This document shows, piece by piece, positions 12,704 through 26,424 of a DNA stretch of 64,000 nt. The number at the start of each line of letters is the position of its first letter. Position 1 is the stretch's first letter. The stretch comes from Anthoceros angustus. Taxonomy: Eukaryota; Plantae; Anthocerotophyta. The notes below the pieces were generated by a model, which was not told the DNA's origin, did not search any database, and saw only the letters and a program-made list of their open reading frames with translations. The stretch covers positions 1-64,000 of the forward strand of contig VJWM01000044.1 in NCBI GenBank assembly GCA_010909165.1, in the 5' to 3' direction. A program made the translations under genes and the position numbers.

Positions 12704-15700
12704 TCACTGCTGATTGGCCTTGAGTTCCTTGTGGACCAGAGCCAAGACCTGGCTTGCCAGCGTCTCTGAAAACCGAGTGGAGTATCGCATAACAAAGCTT
12801 TCGATGTCAACAGATGCTATTGCCGACTCTGACAGGGAGATGGATGAAGCCACTCCAGACCTAAGCCGGAGACTTGCTGATCCTGACAACAACGGAGCCA
12901 GAAGTCAGTAGATGCTCATTAATAGGTTCTGAGCTGGTTAAGAGCTGAAAATGAAATGAGAGGTGACACCAGGCCTTTGACTACTCACCATTATCTCCTG
13001 CGCTGTCAAAGCAACAACCGTCATCCTCTTGAGTCTCTGCGGATGGCAAGAAAGGGTCACGTCCCTCTCCTCCCAAGTTGTAGGTAGCAGCTTGCTGTGC
13101 TAGTCTTTGTACTTTCTGCAGAGCTCCCGGCATGAGCTCCTGATAAGTGGAAGCAGCAACCAGAACATCTGTCTGAACAGATTTAGAGGTGACTAGCTTT
13201 GGATCTTGAAGCTCGTCAAAGAAGCGAGAGGCCTTTTCTGTGGCCTCCAGTAGTTCCTGAAGTACTGACTTGTACTCCTCCTTTGGACGTGGCAACTTCA
13301 AACCAGGCGGCGACATGCTTGCTTTTAGTGGCTCCAACATGGCAACCGGTGGGTCGAGAGAGCTCTGATTCTCCGGTCCCTCTTCTCTGGATGCCCCTGT
13401 GTTGAAAATACGAGAGTTCTGCGAATCATACGAGTAACCTCGAAGACGAGAAAAGCTCTTGAGAAGGGAAGATAATCGGCAGTTACGATGACTTGACTAA
13501 CCTTTAGTTTTCGCTGCAGTAGCTAGGTCAACATCTTCAGATCCTAGGCTAACCTTCCTCTCTAGCTGTTCAGCCAAGCCTTGGATTTCCAGTTGAAGGT
13601 CTGATGGCATCTCATTCATCACTGTAGCACATTCACCCATATTTGTAACCATGCCAAGAGATTTGAGATCAGCCCGCGATGCATCAGAAGAGGTATCCTC
13701 AACAGGTGGTCCTTTTGGTGTTGGATCCCCTATCCTAATCCACTCTGGTTCGACTTCCTTTAGGTCCAGAGCATCTCCATCATCATGTACTTGTTTAACA
13801 CTTAAGCCCTCCATGTTCTCTGACTGCTCATGAGCTTTATGACATATCTGTTGCTTGTATGCATGTTTATCTTTGCCCTTCATGACGAAGCTGAAAACAC
13901 TGGAGGGTGAAGCATCTGGCGCACAAATCAATGGCAAAGGAGGAGTTGAGATTGTGTGGCGCTTGGGTGTACCAGCTTCTTCATTCCAAACATCATCAGA
14001 TCTTGGGGTGTCGTCCACATAGCCACACCCATCAGAACTAGCTTGAAGATCTTCTCTGACAGCCGTGTTTGTTTCCAAACCCCGACTCTCTTGATTGCCT
14101 TCAGCCAGTGTCATACAACGAGTGACAAGCTTTTGTTGTATGTTATGGGCGTCCCGGTCAACCTGAATAGAGTACCAGATGTCAGACCAAATGCTAACCA
14201 AGTTGAAGAGCTAGCTAGCTCTTGGTGAAATTGATAGAAATAATTAGATTTAAGATAAAACTTCAAGATTCACCTCTTGATCTGGAACATTTGGCACTTG
14301 CTGATGTTCGGCCGCTGGGGCTGAGGGTGCACTGTCCTGGAGCACAGCGTTAAGATTTCTTGGGGGCCCCCATTCTTTTCCTGGAGAGACCAGTGATGCA
14401 CGTAGTGAGGATACATTTGTCCTTGCAAGGAATCGTGCAGAGAAGCTGCTTCTTGTTGAGCTTGGCACCTGGGTCATAAGCCAAGTAGCATACGTATGAG
14501 AAAGCCTGTCACTAAACCATGCAAACTACGAAAGTGACCAGGGGCCAGTGCCCGACATTATGCTCTTAAAACCTGACATGCAGTACCTTCAGATCCGATG
14601 ACAAATTATCAAAGTGGGCACTGAACAGGTCATTAGCAGGCACAAAGCTGTCTTCCTCGCCACCTTCTTCCTCATCAACAGATTCATCTTCAAGTGACGA
14701 CTTGTGGCTCTCCAAATTTAACTGGTGTCCTCCCTCCATTCCATCAGACAAGTCTTTAAAAGATTCCAGGCTACTGCCGACTGAAAGATGAGGATCTTTC
14801 TCAGCTTCCATCATGCAACCCTGTACAACTGGCTGCCCCCAAAGAGTAAAAGAACTTGAGTCACCTTCAGTGTGAGATGCTGCTTTAGCCTGAGATTGAA
14901 CCAACTCCTGAACTCCTGTGCTGACTGCGTCTGACTTTGATTCCAGTAAAGCTGCAAGCCTGCTAGGCTCATCGTTGTCTGAAAGGTAAACTACTACATC
15001 ATCTTCAGCTGATGTCTGCTCCAGTTTGACTCCGGGAAGACATGCTGCCTTGTCTTCGTCCACCACAGTGGTACCAGGAGTTTGAGCAATTTCTTCGAGT
15101 GGCCTGTCTTTCTCCTCGTTGTTGCCCGACAGGTGAGGAACCCCAGAGGTGGTTGGACCTTCCTCTGGCAGGAAATCAAGCTCATTGAAGAAGACTGTAT
15201 GAACCGTTTTCCAGACCGTTTCCTTCCTGCACAGATCAGGAGACACGTCCACAAAAAGTATGATGGCATGTTGGGTTGCCATTGTCAGTCTGGAGGACTT
15301 TGTCGAGTGCAATGATGAAGTGCGTGGCGTGGAAACAAGAGCCAAAGAACTTGCGGCAGAATGCTACCTAGGGGGTCCTTGAGGACTTGATGTTGGTGTG
15401 ACGTCAGCAGAATGAGCAACGCTATCAGGAGTGCTCTCCACACTCGCTCCATCAACAGAGAAGCGTCTCCGTGCACCAAAGCCACTGGCCCGAATTGTGG
15501 CAGGTGGAGTGATATCTTCTGCAGACTCTGAAAATAGTTTATAACCCTCTACAAGCCTCTGTAAAAAACAAAGTAAGCTCAGTGCTTTTCACCTAGAAAG
15601 CAACAAAATCTCATGGGCAACTTTGACGCTTTCATCCCTATTACCTCTGTCCATCGTGATTCTGAGGAGTGAAAAGGGGTTTCATCCTTCTGATCGGCAG

Positions 15701-18700
15701 CTTTCCCAGAAGTAGCCATCTCATCAGCAACTTTGGCTTGGGCCCAAGATGGAAGTCTGGAGAGGCTAAACTTGAATGCAGGGGTGTCACCGCCTTTTTT
15801 GTCACCTATTGTCTGCAAGGTGTCATCTGTAACATCTTTACTTCCTTCGGCACTGGTACTGCTGAGGTCTTGGCCGTATTCTTTTCTCTCGCCTTCATAG
15901 ATCTCAACAATTGGTTGTTTAAGTCTCTTGGGGATTTTGGCTGCCCTTAACCCGTCTTTTGAGTGAAACCTGGGCAGAAAAGACTTCAGACCCCTGTGAG
16001 GTTGCAGTTCATCGTCATCAATGCATCGCTTGCGCATCATGCGAGACAGATTGATGGGCAGCTTCCAGACAAAAATGCAGCTGTCACCACTCACCTATAC
16101 AACAGAAGGTGTCAGCAACACGCACTCAATGAATGCTGCATACAAGCAACTGCGAACAACATAGCCCAAAGCAGAGCTCCCCAACATGGCAGGAATTTAC
16201 AGAGACGAGTCGCTGACAATCTGGAAGAAAAGCTAGCCCAGTGATGACTTCAGCATGTCCGGATGCCTGCGCTAAAAGCTCCCCAGTGCTGAAATCATAC
16301 AAGCGCATGTACTTGTCTGAATGAGAGCATACCACATAACTGCCACTTATATCAAGTTTAGCCTGGAACAACAAACAAACGGATTAGCTATCACCCACAC
16401 TCATGACAAGTACATTCGGGATCATTGCCACCGCACCTTGATTGGTTCGCCTATGTCCCCCTCAGGTTTGAAACTCCTTACAGGCTTCCCACTTCCTAGG
16501 CTGAAGATGTTGATCTTCTTATCCTAATAAAAGAATACAGAATGTCATGGACCGTCTGACATTCAGTTCTAAGTCTGCATTGGCCTACACATCTTACTTT
16601 TCTTCTGCAGAAAAGACTACCTGGCCCACTGTCACCACAAGCTTAGCAAGACGATCAATATCCAGATCGTAGATGGTTCCCCTAGGAGCTGACTCTTGAT
16701 GATAACGGGTACTTCTGCAACCAAAGTCTGATTTGGCCACATTGCGGAAGACAACTGACCTGCAAAAGTTGGGCAAAACATTAGGTTGATTATCAGAGTT
16801 GTCCACGGCCATGTGTTGCCTGTTGTCACATGCTCTGACTCCAAGCTAGAAACTCTCGTTCCAGATATTTACTTACTTGTCAGCACTGCAGCTGAGCAGC
16901 TTGGATCCACCACATGCAAACTTCACAGTTGTTATAGAGGCAGAGTGATCATCCAGTGTTTCAATAACATCGTAGTCCCTAGAAAGAAGCCACAGGCCAT
17001 CAGCTATTTTGCTTGCGTCCGTACTAGCGGTGAACCCTCAGATTGCATGTAAGAACAAGCAAGTTGCGTTTTGCTCATTTGATGATCAAAACCAAGAGTC
17101 ACAATACTCACCTAGTTACATCATATATGTGTATCAGACGATCCCTTCCACCTGACGCCAAAAGAGCGATGCTTGGCTGCTCTGTCGTGGACGCCTGATC
17201 AGCAGCTTTTGAGTAGCTTAACGTCAGAATCTCGGCATCATGAGCTTCCTGCCATTTTTCCCCACAAGTTGACCAAGCACCTGTCAAATAGTTACGTGAT
17301 CAGCACCTCTCATGCCGTCACAGTGCTAATGACAAGAGGCACACCCTTACAGAAACAAACACCGGACAAGACCCAAGCGTGTGAAGTATTATATACCTGC
17401 AAGCTTATCAGCTGGAGTGTGCTCAGATCATATATGCGAAGATTTCCACTTTGATCACCTGCTGCGAGATGATGGCCATCGGAACTTATGCATATGGAGC
17501 GAAACCCTTGTGTCACTGAATCCTCTTCACTTCCTGCCAGGAAGCATCTTTCTTTCAGGTCTCCCTTCGCATCTGCATGTGGAAAACAACAAAAGCTGGA
17601 TCAAAAAAATGGACCATAAACAGATCATGCGAGTACATCATGGACTGTCATCCAAGGCATGGCTCAAACACACCAACACACTTTGAGTGGGAGCAGACCT
17701 GAGTACAGCACACCTAATACTTCCTTGCAGTAAATGTTCTTCAGGCTTCCTTCCAAGGAGGATGAGGGACTAACATCTGGTTCATCGCCTTCAGAACCAA
17801 GGGAGATGCACCAAAGCCTTATACTTCCATCTGTAGAGCATGTTGCAAATGTTCCTTCATTTAAGCGGGATGGTTCCCGAGACCCTTGATGTGGGAGCAT
17901 GGGAAGCGTTGCCACATCCCAGACACAAGAATTATGGGCTAGGAATACTTGATGTCGTTCAATCTGCAATCCGGAAATCAAGGACAGGCTGTAAGCAAAA
18001 GTATCAAGGTGCCCCTTATGTTATATTTCCATGGTCAAACAAATATAGGACCAAACTTACGTTAGAGACATTCTGGATATCCCAGATTATAAGGCTATGA
18101 TCTCCATAAATAACAGCTGCAGTCCAGAGGCACAGATCAGACTGGGAAAAGTGAACTCTGATCTCAACGGAACACATGCAGGAACTGCATCCAGGGTAGT
18201 GAAAGAGTAGGTTCAGCTGCCGAGATACCTAGCTTTTCTGCACTCACAAAGCTGCAAGCCACAGCATCTGGAAACTTCACATCTGAAGGGGGATGGTGGC
18301 CTGCAGACAGAGCTACGGCAGCAGCATTGTCTGTCAGTCCATGATAACCAATGGGAGCAGGTCTTGGAAGTGTCGTGCTGTAAGCTAGGGACCCTTTCAT
18401 GAAGAAGCGTACTATGCCATCACTGCAAGCACAGGCAACATGTGTCTCCGAAATAGATAAAGCATGGCCTTGGCGAACCTGAAGCACACAACCTCCAAGC
18501 AATCAGATCATCGAAACTTTGGAGCTATCCTAAACACAAATTGCTGGGCAGCATTTGTGGTTTTGTGCCTTGCAATCAACAGGAGAAGATTTGCTAATGC
18601 AGTTCACTAGCTCACAAACCCCAAGAGTTAACACGAAGCATTGGTCAGCATTGCTGAGCACTCGCAGATGCACGTCAGCTCACAAACCCCAATAGGCAAC

Positions 18701-20033
18701 AGACAGCATGGGTCAGCATTGCTGGGCTCTAACAGTCGGGAGATCTGCCGAGTTACCTTCAGATCCACCCACTTTTCAACTGCAAGGCCAAAATGAAGCA
18801 GGCACAAAATGCCTGCAGAAAACAAGCTCTTATCAGATGCTGAATCTGTGAGTCAGGGGGGAGAGTGGAGGGGCGGGGTGGGGCAATCACCATGAAGAGC
18901 TTATTGGCAGTTAATCCACAAGATGGATGCAGTGATGTGCAAAAGCAGATCTCATATAGATCTCACCCCTTACCATTAACAGTCAATCCATAGAAAGGTT
19001 GCACTTCCCCGCCAGTCCCAGTCTCTTTGGTAGGACCAGCACAGGACAATGAAGCAAATGACGCCTCCTTCTGGCTGCCAAGTTTCACGGGCCTCCCTTC
19101 CAAGGCAAGATTTCCTGCTCCAGTAGTTCGGGACCGAGCAGCATGGGGTCCAACAACCCAATGTTTGATGTGCTTGCTGCCAGCGGTCAAAAAGAAACTC
19201 CCATCTGATGAAAATCTGAGAGCAGCAGTAGGATTCCCAATAGCTGAAGTCCTCGTCCTTATTATAACTGTTGCCGTCCTCCACTCCCAGAGGCACAGGT
19301 ACCCATCATGAGGCACACCTACTGAGACCAGGTGCTTACCTGAATCCACCAATAGCACATTAACTACGATAAGGAACTTCCAGATCCAAGAGAGCAAACA
19401 GTCTGGAAGATGAAGCAGGTCATTCACCATTGGGAGAAAATTCTACGCATTGGATGCCATATTTGTGCGACTTCAGGTCCGCCACAGAAGCACCGGAGCT
19501 TGAGTCCCACACAACCACAGCAGGCTGATGTCCAGACTGAAAGACGGCAGCAGCAGGATTCAATACTTTTGTGTGGCGCCCGCTTTGCCCAAACAGGAAA
19601 TAATCGAGCACGTACCTCCCCGGCACATATGAATTTTCCACCTTGATGCGAATACGCGACGCACGACAACGGTTTAGGAGCCCTGGGAGCGGTGAGCCAA
19701 TTCGTCTGCTTGTTGCTAGCGACATTGTACACCACCACAACAGCCCCCGCCAAATACGCAATGTCCCCAGTCAACGAATTGCAGACAAGACCTCCGGCAT
19801 TGCTGGACGTCAGCCCAATCACCCTCTCCAACTCAAGCTGCGGGTGCAATCTTTCAATCAGACCAAAAGCAATTGGCTCACAGCAGCTAGGTCCTACAGA
19901 AAAATGTGACGAGCAAGCGACAAGCAACGCAGGAGTTGCCAAGTAGCTGAATCCACGGTCCAAGAACAATGCACGCAACACCCACCTTGCCGTAAGGCTC
20001 CGGCTTTCGTACTTTCCGCCTGACCAGCCTCAT
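12704..20033 (-). CDS. MAPK-binding protein 1 / WDR62-like WD40-repeat protein (multi-exon)
   Basis: ATG 20033 (MRLVRRKVRKPEPYGK, then an intron). Exons encode LELERVIGLT...IAYLAGAVVVVYNV, HKYGIQCVEFSPNG, YLCLWEW, ACACSDGIVRFF, AHNSCVWDV, FATCSTDGSIRLW, LAAGDQSGNLRIYDL, GHAEVITG, SGDSCIFVWKLP and a low-complexity C-terminus ending LKANQQ* at 12704. Confidence 0.9.
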
Positions 20034-20640
20034 GATGGCCCGTTACGCAGCTCCTAGCATTCCCCGACAGCATCCAAGCACGAGGAGGATGAGCATCAAG
20101 CTATCCAGGATGCATTTCACATTGCAACCCAGCAGGTGCAAATTGTGCAGGAACCAGGGAAAGGCTGACGAGAATGAAACGGAAGAGGAAGGGAGGGAGC
20201 AAGAACGAGAGCCCTAGGAGCCGGAGGACGGTTGGTTGGAAAGTGGATGGCGCCCAGAATTCAAATATCTGTTTGCGGGCGGGTTCGGAGTTCACAGCAC
20301 GAGGGAACGAATGGAGCTGGGCCCACGGTGTGAAAGGTGTTCCATACTGTATGTACTGTATGTATGTAGTCCGCCCTGCCAGCCACATGTCCTCTTGCAG
20401 GTGTCGTTGCCTGCAGTGTGCGTCTGCCAGGCCCAGGAAAATGAGGCAGGCTTGTGGGACTGGTGAACGGCCTACAGACCTACACACATCCTTATGTTCG
20501 TGACATCCACCGAATGCGCAACCGCAGGCCGGCGGGATCTGGTTTTGATTTTAGGAAGGCTCGCTGCGTGTGCGATGGCTAGATGCGATGCCCACTGTGG
20601 GAGTCATTCTTGTTAGCGGCGGACTGCACCGAGTTGGAAG

Positions 20641-22058
20641 ATGTGTGCAGCCCAGGGGCTCCATGGCGGTGTCACTTCGCAGGCTGCAGGCCAAGTGGGT
20701 TTTGGGTTGGATCGTGGGCGGATGTTGGAAGGCGGTGCGGGAGGCAGCAGGGGAGCCTTAGCAGTGCCTGACAGGGGGCGAGTGCGAGTGGCTGGGAGGA
20801 CTGCTTTTCCAGCGTTGTGTCAGAGGAGAAGGGAGGTCGGCACAGGAGGAGTAGGGTTTGTGGGTTCGGTGCAGACGGGCGATCGGCTTAGGGGATGCAG
20901 GGCTTCCTTCAGTGGGAGGAGGGAGGAGGACAAAGTGGTCAAGTTTAGGTGTAGGAGCAGGGTGACGGCGTGCTCTGCGTTTTGGAGGGTGGGTTCGAAT
21001 GATTCAGAATTATCGGAGGACGATGACGCGCCGAGTCCTTCTCCCAGGTCTAGGTTTGAGATTCTCAGATCGTGGTTGGTGAAAGTGCAAGAGGTGAGGG
21101 AATCTTTGATGCAACCAGTTCTCGTCTCTGATCTGCTCTCAAACTCGGTGTAGGGGAGGGGAGATGATATCATTCTAAACGTAGTACCATATTGGTGATT
21201 TCTGCCATCAGGCTGACTGGTCTAGGATTATCTTTGGTCTCCCGTCGAAAGAGGAATTGCCTTGGACCGTTCCATGGTCTGGTGAAACTATTTTCCAGGT
21301 ATGGGAACTGCGAGGATTGCAAGCTGTGTTCGTTGGCTTTGGTTGTTCAGTATTGACGCTGGACTGATGTGATATGGTGTGGGCAATGGTGACAGGTGAT
21401 GTTCCTTTGGTTTGCAGCATTCTGGTTGGTGGGATCCTGGGTTATTCCCATTGCTGCGCAAGCCGTGGGCTGCAATAAGGACTCGTTGACATACCGCGGG
21501 CAAGCTCTTTACAGCCTCATCACTGACGTTGCAGAAGGGTCAGTGGGGCTCATTATTCTGCAAAGATGCCTGTCCAAGTTTTACCCGCTACCTGGGGACT
21601 GGTTTCCAATATCCTGGCGAGGAAAGTGGTATGTGGAAGCATGCCTAGGGTGCTTCATGTTCCCACTGGTGAATCGCCTCTCGCAGCTGAATCTGAGTCT
21701 CCTGCCCTTCCCCACTCCCTATGCTAGCTCTCAAGTGGAGCAATCTATCACGGCAAGGGACCCAGTGGCAACTCTATTGTATGCTGTTGTAGTATCCGTT
21801 TGTGCACCTGTCTGGGAGGAGGTCATCTTTAGGGGATTTCTTCTACCATCTCTCACCAAGTATCTACCTGTGTGGGCTTCAGTCATAGTGAGCTCCTTGG
21901 CCTTTGCACTGGCTCACTTTAGTGCCCAGAGACTGTTCCCCCTAACGTTTCTTGGACTGGTGATGGGGATTATTTTTGTCCGATCCCGCAATCTGCTCGC
22001 TTCCATGCTTCTGCACAGCTTGTGGAACGGTTTTGTATTTCTTGATCTTTTGAGATGA
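20641..22058 (+). CDS. CAAX amino-terminal protease / CPBP (Abi) family intramembrane metalloprotease, probably plastid-targeted
   Basis: APVWEEVIFRGFLL, FALAH and LLHSLWN motifs in 21396..22058. The first exon is Arg/Ser/Gly-rich like a transit peptide, followed by one intron. Start codon uncertain. Confidence 0.9.
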
Positions 22059-22197
22059 TCCAAGTAGGGGGTGCAAGACCTTGTGTCAGTACCTTGATTG
22101 ACGGAGTATTGCAGAACTCTGCTTATGGTTCGCTTTGCCCGTCCGTTTTTTCTTCCCTTGAATGCTGGGTTGAAGCACGCAACATCCTGTGGTGGCG

Positions 22198-22560
22198 GGC
22201 CTCAGTTGGAAACATCACCGTTGTCATCCTTGTCCCATATAACTCTGAGGCTGAGTGTCATCTACTCTCAAAGGAGAACCGCTTGCGAGCACGCAGTGTG
22301 GTGGATGTTCGAACCTGGTAGCGCGGGAAGGATCGGTACGGGTTATCATTTGCGGATGCGCAAAGGCGCAGAGCAGGAGAACGACGAGGTCCCGGAAACT
22401 GTGTGTGTGTGTCTTCCACGGCAATTGTGTGTCCATGCACATGAAAGTTTTCCTGAAGAACAGCTCCAGAAGCCCCCTGCTTCCCCTGACGAATTCACCG
22501 GAGTCGTTAGAGTGGTGCGGCATGAACTCTACGAATCTTTCACTAGACTTACAAAGCCAG
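22198..22560 (-). pseudogene. Decayed duplicate of the IFT56/TTC26 3' end (last two exons plus last intron)
   Basis: Colinear similarity to 26421-26770. Examples: tcagttggaaacatcaccgttgtcatccttgtccca vs tcagttggagacatcaccattgttttcctttgccca; peptides NDSGEFVRGSRG / SFRDLVVLLLCAFAHPQM / WDKDDNGDVSN* vs [12 protein letters not shown] / [17 protein letters not shown] / [11 protein letters not shown]. Confidence 0.85.
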
Positions 22561-22639
22561 GTAGACGTGTTCTCCGCGGACGTCTGGGTATGAGGAGTAA
22601 ACTTGGAACGCGAACTCCAATGTGGCATCGCCCGTTCCA

Positions 22640-23437
22640 CTTCTCCACGTTGGTTCTGTGGACATTGTCGCTGCAGGTGAGTGTCCTCTCCACACGTTCG
22701 GCAGCGAGCAGAGAGCTCTGGGTAGTCAAAAGGTTGTGAGATCTTCCTCATCGGGTCCTCAGAATGTAGGGCCTCGATTCCTTTGCGTAAAAGCTTGCCT
22801 CTGCCTGCCTCCACCTTGACCCCCCAGCGCGGAGGGGATGAGGCATGAAAAGCCGCACTCACCTCTGGAGCGACAATAACACGCCCGATCTGCAGAACCA
22901 TCGTTGCAGCCATCTTGTACAGTGGCGGATGTAGTCCCGGCACGGTCACCCAAACAAACCTCCGTCTAAGCTCATTTGGATCCACCTCCAATTTGGAGTC
23001 CCATCTCTCCAAGATTAGAGGGGCCCGGTTACGAAATAACTTGTCAGACGCCAAAAGATCCTCCACCTCCGATGCAGAGATCAACATAATCCGGAAGAAG
23101 CCATGCTTAGCAGATGCACGTAAACGGGCTCCGCTTGGGTCACCTCCTTCACAAACTCCTCGAGTTCGGTGACAGTGGCATTACTCCCCACTGCGTTGAT
23201 GCCTTGGACAGAGGTGGTGGCCAAGATCTGTTCCTCTGCCTCCAGATATCCCGGTTCCACCAGCAACGTGAGCCACGGGCCCAGATTGATCTTGATGTAG
23301 AGGCATTCGCATTCGATTCTGCAGCGACCTCGCTCCATTTCTTCGGGGCCCCTGGGTAGGGCACAAGCCCGCGTACCGTCCCCGGATGAAAATGCCGCCC
23401 GATCCATCGTAGGTCCTCCAGCTACAGAGACAGGCAT
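22640..23437 (-). mobile_element. LINE (L1-like) ORF1 remnant: DUF4283-like domain plus CCHC zinc knuckle, frameshifted
   Basis: GFFRI..., PLILERWD, VWVTVPGLHPPLY and CRTCGEDTHLQRQC (CX2CX4HX4C) across ORFs 23081..23437 and 22224..23087. No ORF2 is visible. Confidence 0.8.
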
Positions 23438-23699
23438 GCTTCCCGCGCCTCCCGTAGCTCCTCCCCGATCGCAAGTCGAGCCTCCTTGTAGGGGCCCGAA
23501 GCCAACATGCCGTGAACACGCCCGACACCGCTCACCGCTAATCAGTCGGAGCGCTTCTCAGCTCTTGAGACCGTATGAGGACTCAGAGTATACCACCTTG
23601 GAACACTTTGTGAATACAAATTCTTCGAAATACGGGTATGCGCAATGTAAGTGAACGAGGAACCGAAGAAATCGAAAATATATATGTATTTAATTAGAT

Positions 23700-24200
23700 T
23701 GATAATACATATCTTCGATTCCTTGTCCCCTAATATTTCATATATCAGAATGTAAGAGACGATTGACGAGATTGAAAAATGAGATATATTTTATATATAT
23801 ATATAACGAGGAATATATAATCTGGGTAGTTCCTATCCTTATACCTCTTCAAAAATACAGACTCTTTCGAAATGTGCGAGTGGGATGGACAGTTCTAAAA
23901 TATATTTTTATCGAAAGAGATTGTAATATATATCTTTGATCATTCATTCTTTAACTATTTCATATTTCAGAGTACAAGAGATGAGAGGTGAGATTAAAAG
24001 ATGAAACATATTCCTGACTTATATATAAGGAGGAACATATAACATGGTGCTGTTCATATCCTGAAACGCCTGTTCATATCAAAATGCGGATATATATGAC
24101 ATGAAGGGAAGAAGGAGGAGAACATATGTACATCATAATGATAATAATATGTGTGCTCTTCTTCTTCTTCCCTAATATCGTACATATCCGAGGACAAGAA
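23700..24200. repeat. AT-rich degenerate tandem repeat, period ~220 bp (2 full copies plus a partial)
   Basis: atatttcatat(a/t)tcaga(a/g)t..aagaga...gagatt.aaa.atga.a.atatt...tatataa.gaggaa.atataa recurs at ~23730 and ~23955, with a partial at ~24170. Confidence 0.65.
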
Positions 24201-26135
24201 ATTGGAGACAAGCTTACAACTTTTCAAGAAAGCAAACTCAAGTATGTGTCTTTTAGCAATCTAAGACTATAAATATTTAATATCCATAAGGCTAGAGCCT
24301 AGACCACCACAGGCAGAAGCTAAGAGGCTTCTAGAGCGAAGACTACTAGAGGGAACTGTTTAGACTAAAGGCAAGAGGCAAGACCAAATATGATACCGTG
24401 GAAGAGACCACTGGCATGAGACCACGGCCAATTATGCCTGATGGGAGATGACGTTAGAGGGAAGAGGCAAAAGGCAAAAACGCAAAAGGCAAGAGGAGGA
24501 CTAAGACCAACCAATTACACCAAAAACATTGCAAGAGGCAAGAAGCTAAAACAAGAGACCAGAACTGAGAGGTGAGAGCAGCCACGAGAGGTGGGAGGCG
24601 AGAGGATATTGCAATAGTGTGTGAAACACAGTCTATCTATACCCTCTAACTGGACACATTCTCGAGAATTATGAACCTACTTTCAAGGAAGAGGATTATA
24701 TAATAGTATATATATCGACTATTTTATATTCTTCATGAAGATGTTGAATTTACTATGGACTATGGAGATTCTAAGAGACTCCATAATCTAGAGTAGATTC
24801 AAAATCATTTTTGGATATATAACCATACAAACTACATACAGATTGTACACAAGTTCATCCTTTTTCTTTCTACTTTATATATATATTACTTTTCTATTAT
24901 TAATAAATACCCTGACCATGATAATGCATATGGAAAACATCTCAAATTAATCTCACACCCATACCTCCCCAAGCCAAGTCAAACGTTAGGGTCCGGGAAG
25001 AGACGAGACCATAGACCACAGCTATTACCCTTACCTACTTGGTAATGGACATCGGAGGCCGCAGCATCGCAACTTCCTACGATGTAAGATTTAATCGTTA
25101 TGCCATCTTTACTTCGATGGGTTCCGTGGCTGGTTAGAGCTGAACCGGCGGACAAGGCGGGTGCTGGTCTGAAACGAGGCGTTGACACGGCCGTGTTTTA
25201 CTGGTGCTTACAGAATTCAGGTTGGCGGGCGGGGGTGGCTATGCAGTTGTTTCGGCAGGTTACAGTTCGTCCATCTCCAACCTCCAGGGCACGGCAGGGC
25301 TGTGTTGCTGGGAGTAACAGGCGCTGGGAGATGTGACGGGATGGGGGGATAAGCAGTGCCAGCTGATCTTCCTTGTTGAGGTGCGGGTCTGTAGGTCAGG
25401 CGTGTTGTGCTGGAATCGAGATCTTGGTAGCATTAATGGAAATGCGGAGGTATATCTGTTGGTAGATTTGCGGCGTTCTCAAACCCTCCCGTGACTTCAA
25501 CCGCATGGATGCAGGGTTAGGGGGAGATAGGAAACTATGCAGAATTGGAAGACATTTTTATATCTTCCATACTCGACCCGCCTAAGGCGGGCGCCGTCGC
25601 TGCTGGTATGCATGCTTGTCGACAAGTCCATGCCATAGCTCCATGTACATACCATAGCTCCATGTCCATAACTCCATGTCCATGTCCATGCTTCCACCAC
25701 TCGTCACACGATATGGTGCCTTATACCCTACCAGGGCTTGCGAGATTACGGCAAGATAGAACCTCCGCAGGATTGGGAAAACGTTTTACATTTTCTATAC
25801 TCGACGCACGTCGGGTTAAACGTCGGATTGTGGAAGAGGTTAAAAGAATTAAAAGTTTGACAGTGCGATTCGTTCGAACTTGGCGCGTTCGACCTCGCGC
25901 CTGACGGAAACAGATTAGGTTGAAGTCCGCTAAGCACGGACATGCCGCCATGGACTCGGTTTTGAGAGAGATTCCTCATTAGGTTCACATAAGCTATGAC
26001 ATGAGCTTGTTGTTGACGAGCCCAAATGCTCAAATGGACACAGGAACCGGAAGGCGCCCGTCTTGGGCGAATGGTGGGCCTGACTGCTTAGTTCGGAGTC
26101 CGCATTGAATCTGTAAGGTTAAACAGTCTCTGCCG

Positions 26136-26420
26136 TGGAAGTATGCCTAGGGTGGTTTATGAATCACGTTACCAGTGGCTAGCAAATCGACTGTGGCATC
26201 GGAATCTCCTGCCATTACGTTGGGTATCGAGAACACCACTTCCTACTATCCAATTGCAATTCTCTTTCTCCTGTTGGAGTATCAATATGCGTGTGTGTAC
26301 CTGACTGAGAAGTCATCTTCAGGGAATTTCTTCCGCCAGCTTTGACCAAGGATCTGCGGCTTGGGCAGTCAGTATTTGTGAGTTGGTCGGTCTCGGGCCG
26401 AGGAGCTTCGAGTTGTGGAA
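26136..26420 (+). pseudogene. Decayed, deleted duplicate of the CAAX protease 3' region
   Basis: gtggaagtatgcctagggtggtttatg (26136) vs gtggaagcatgcctagggtgcttcatg (21633); gaatctcctgccatt vs gagtctcctgccctt; gtgtgtgtacctgactgagaagt vs gtgtcagtaccttgattgacggagt in the 3' flank. Confidence 0.65.
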
Positions 26421-26424
26421 GGTT

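Noticed and set aside
18609-18730. Two-copy ~60-bp diverged repeat in a WD40-gene intron
   Set aside because: Simple local intronic duplication with no evidence of function.
25080-25200. GC-richer stretch that could be a structured RNA (tRNA/snRNA)
   Set aside because: No cloverleaf, A/B boxes or recognisable snRNA motif could be identified by eye.
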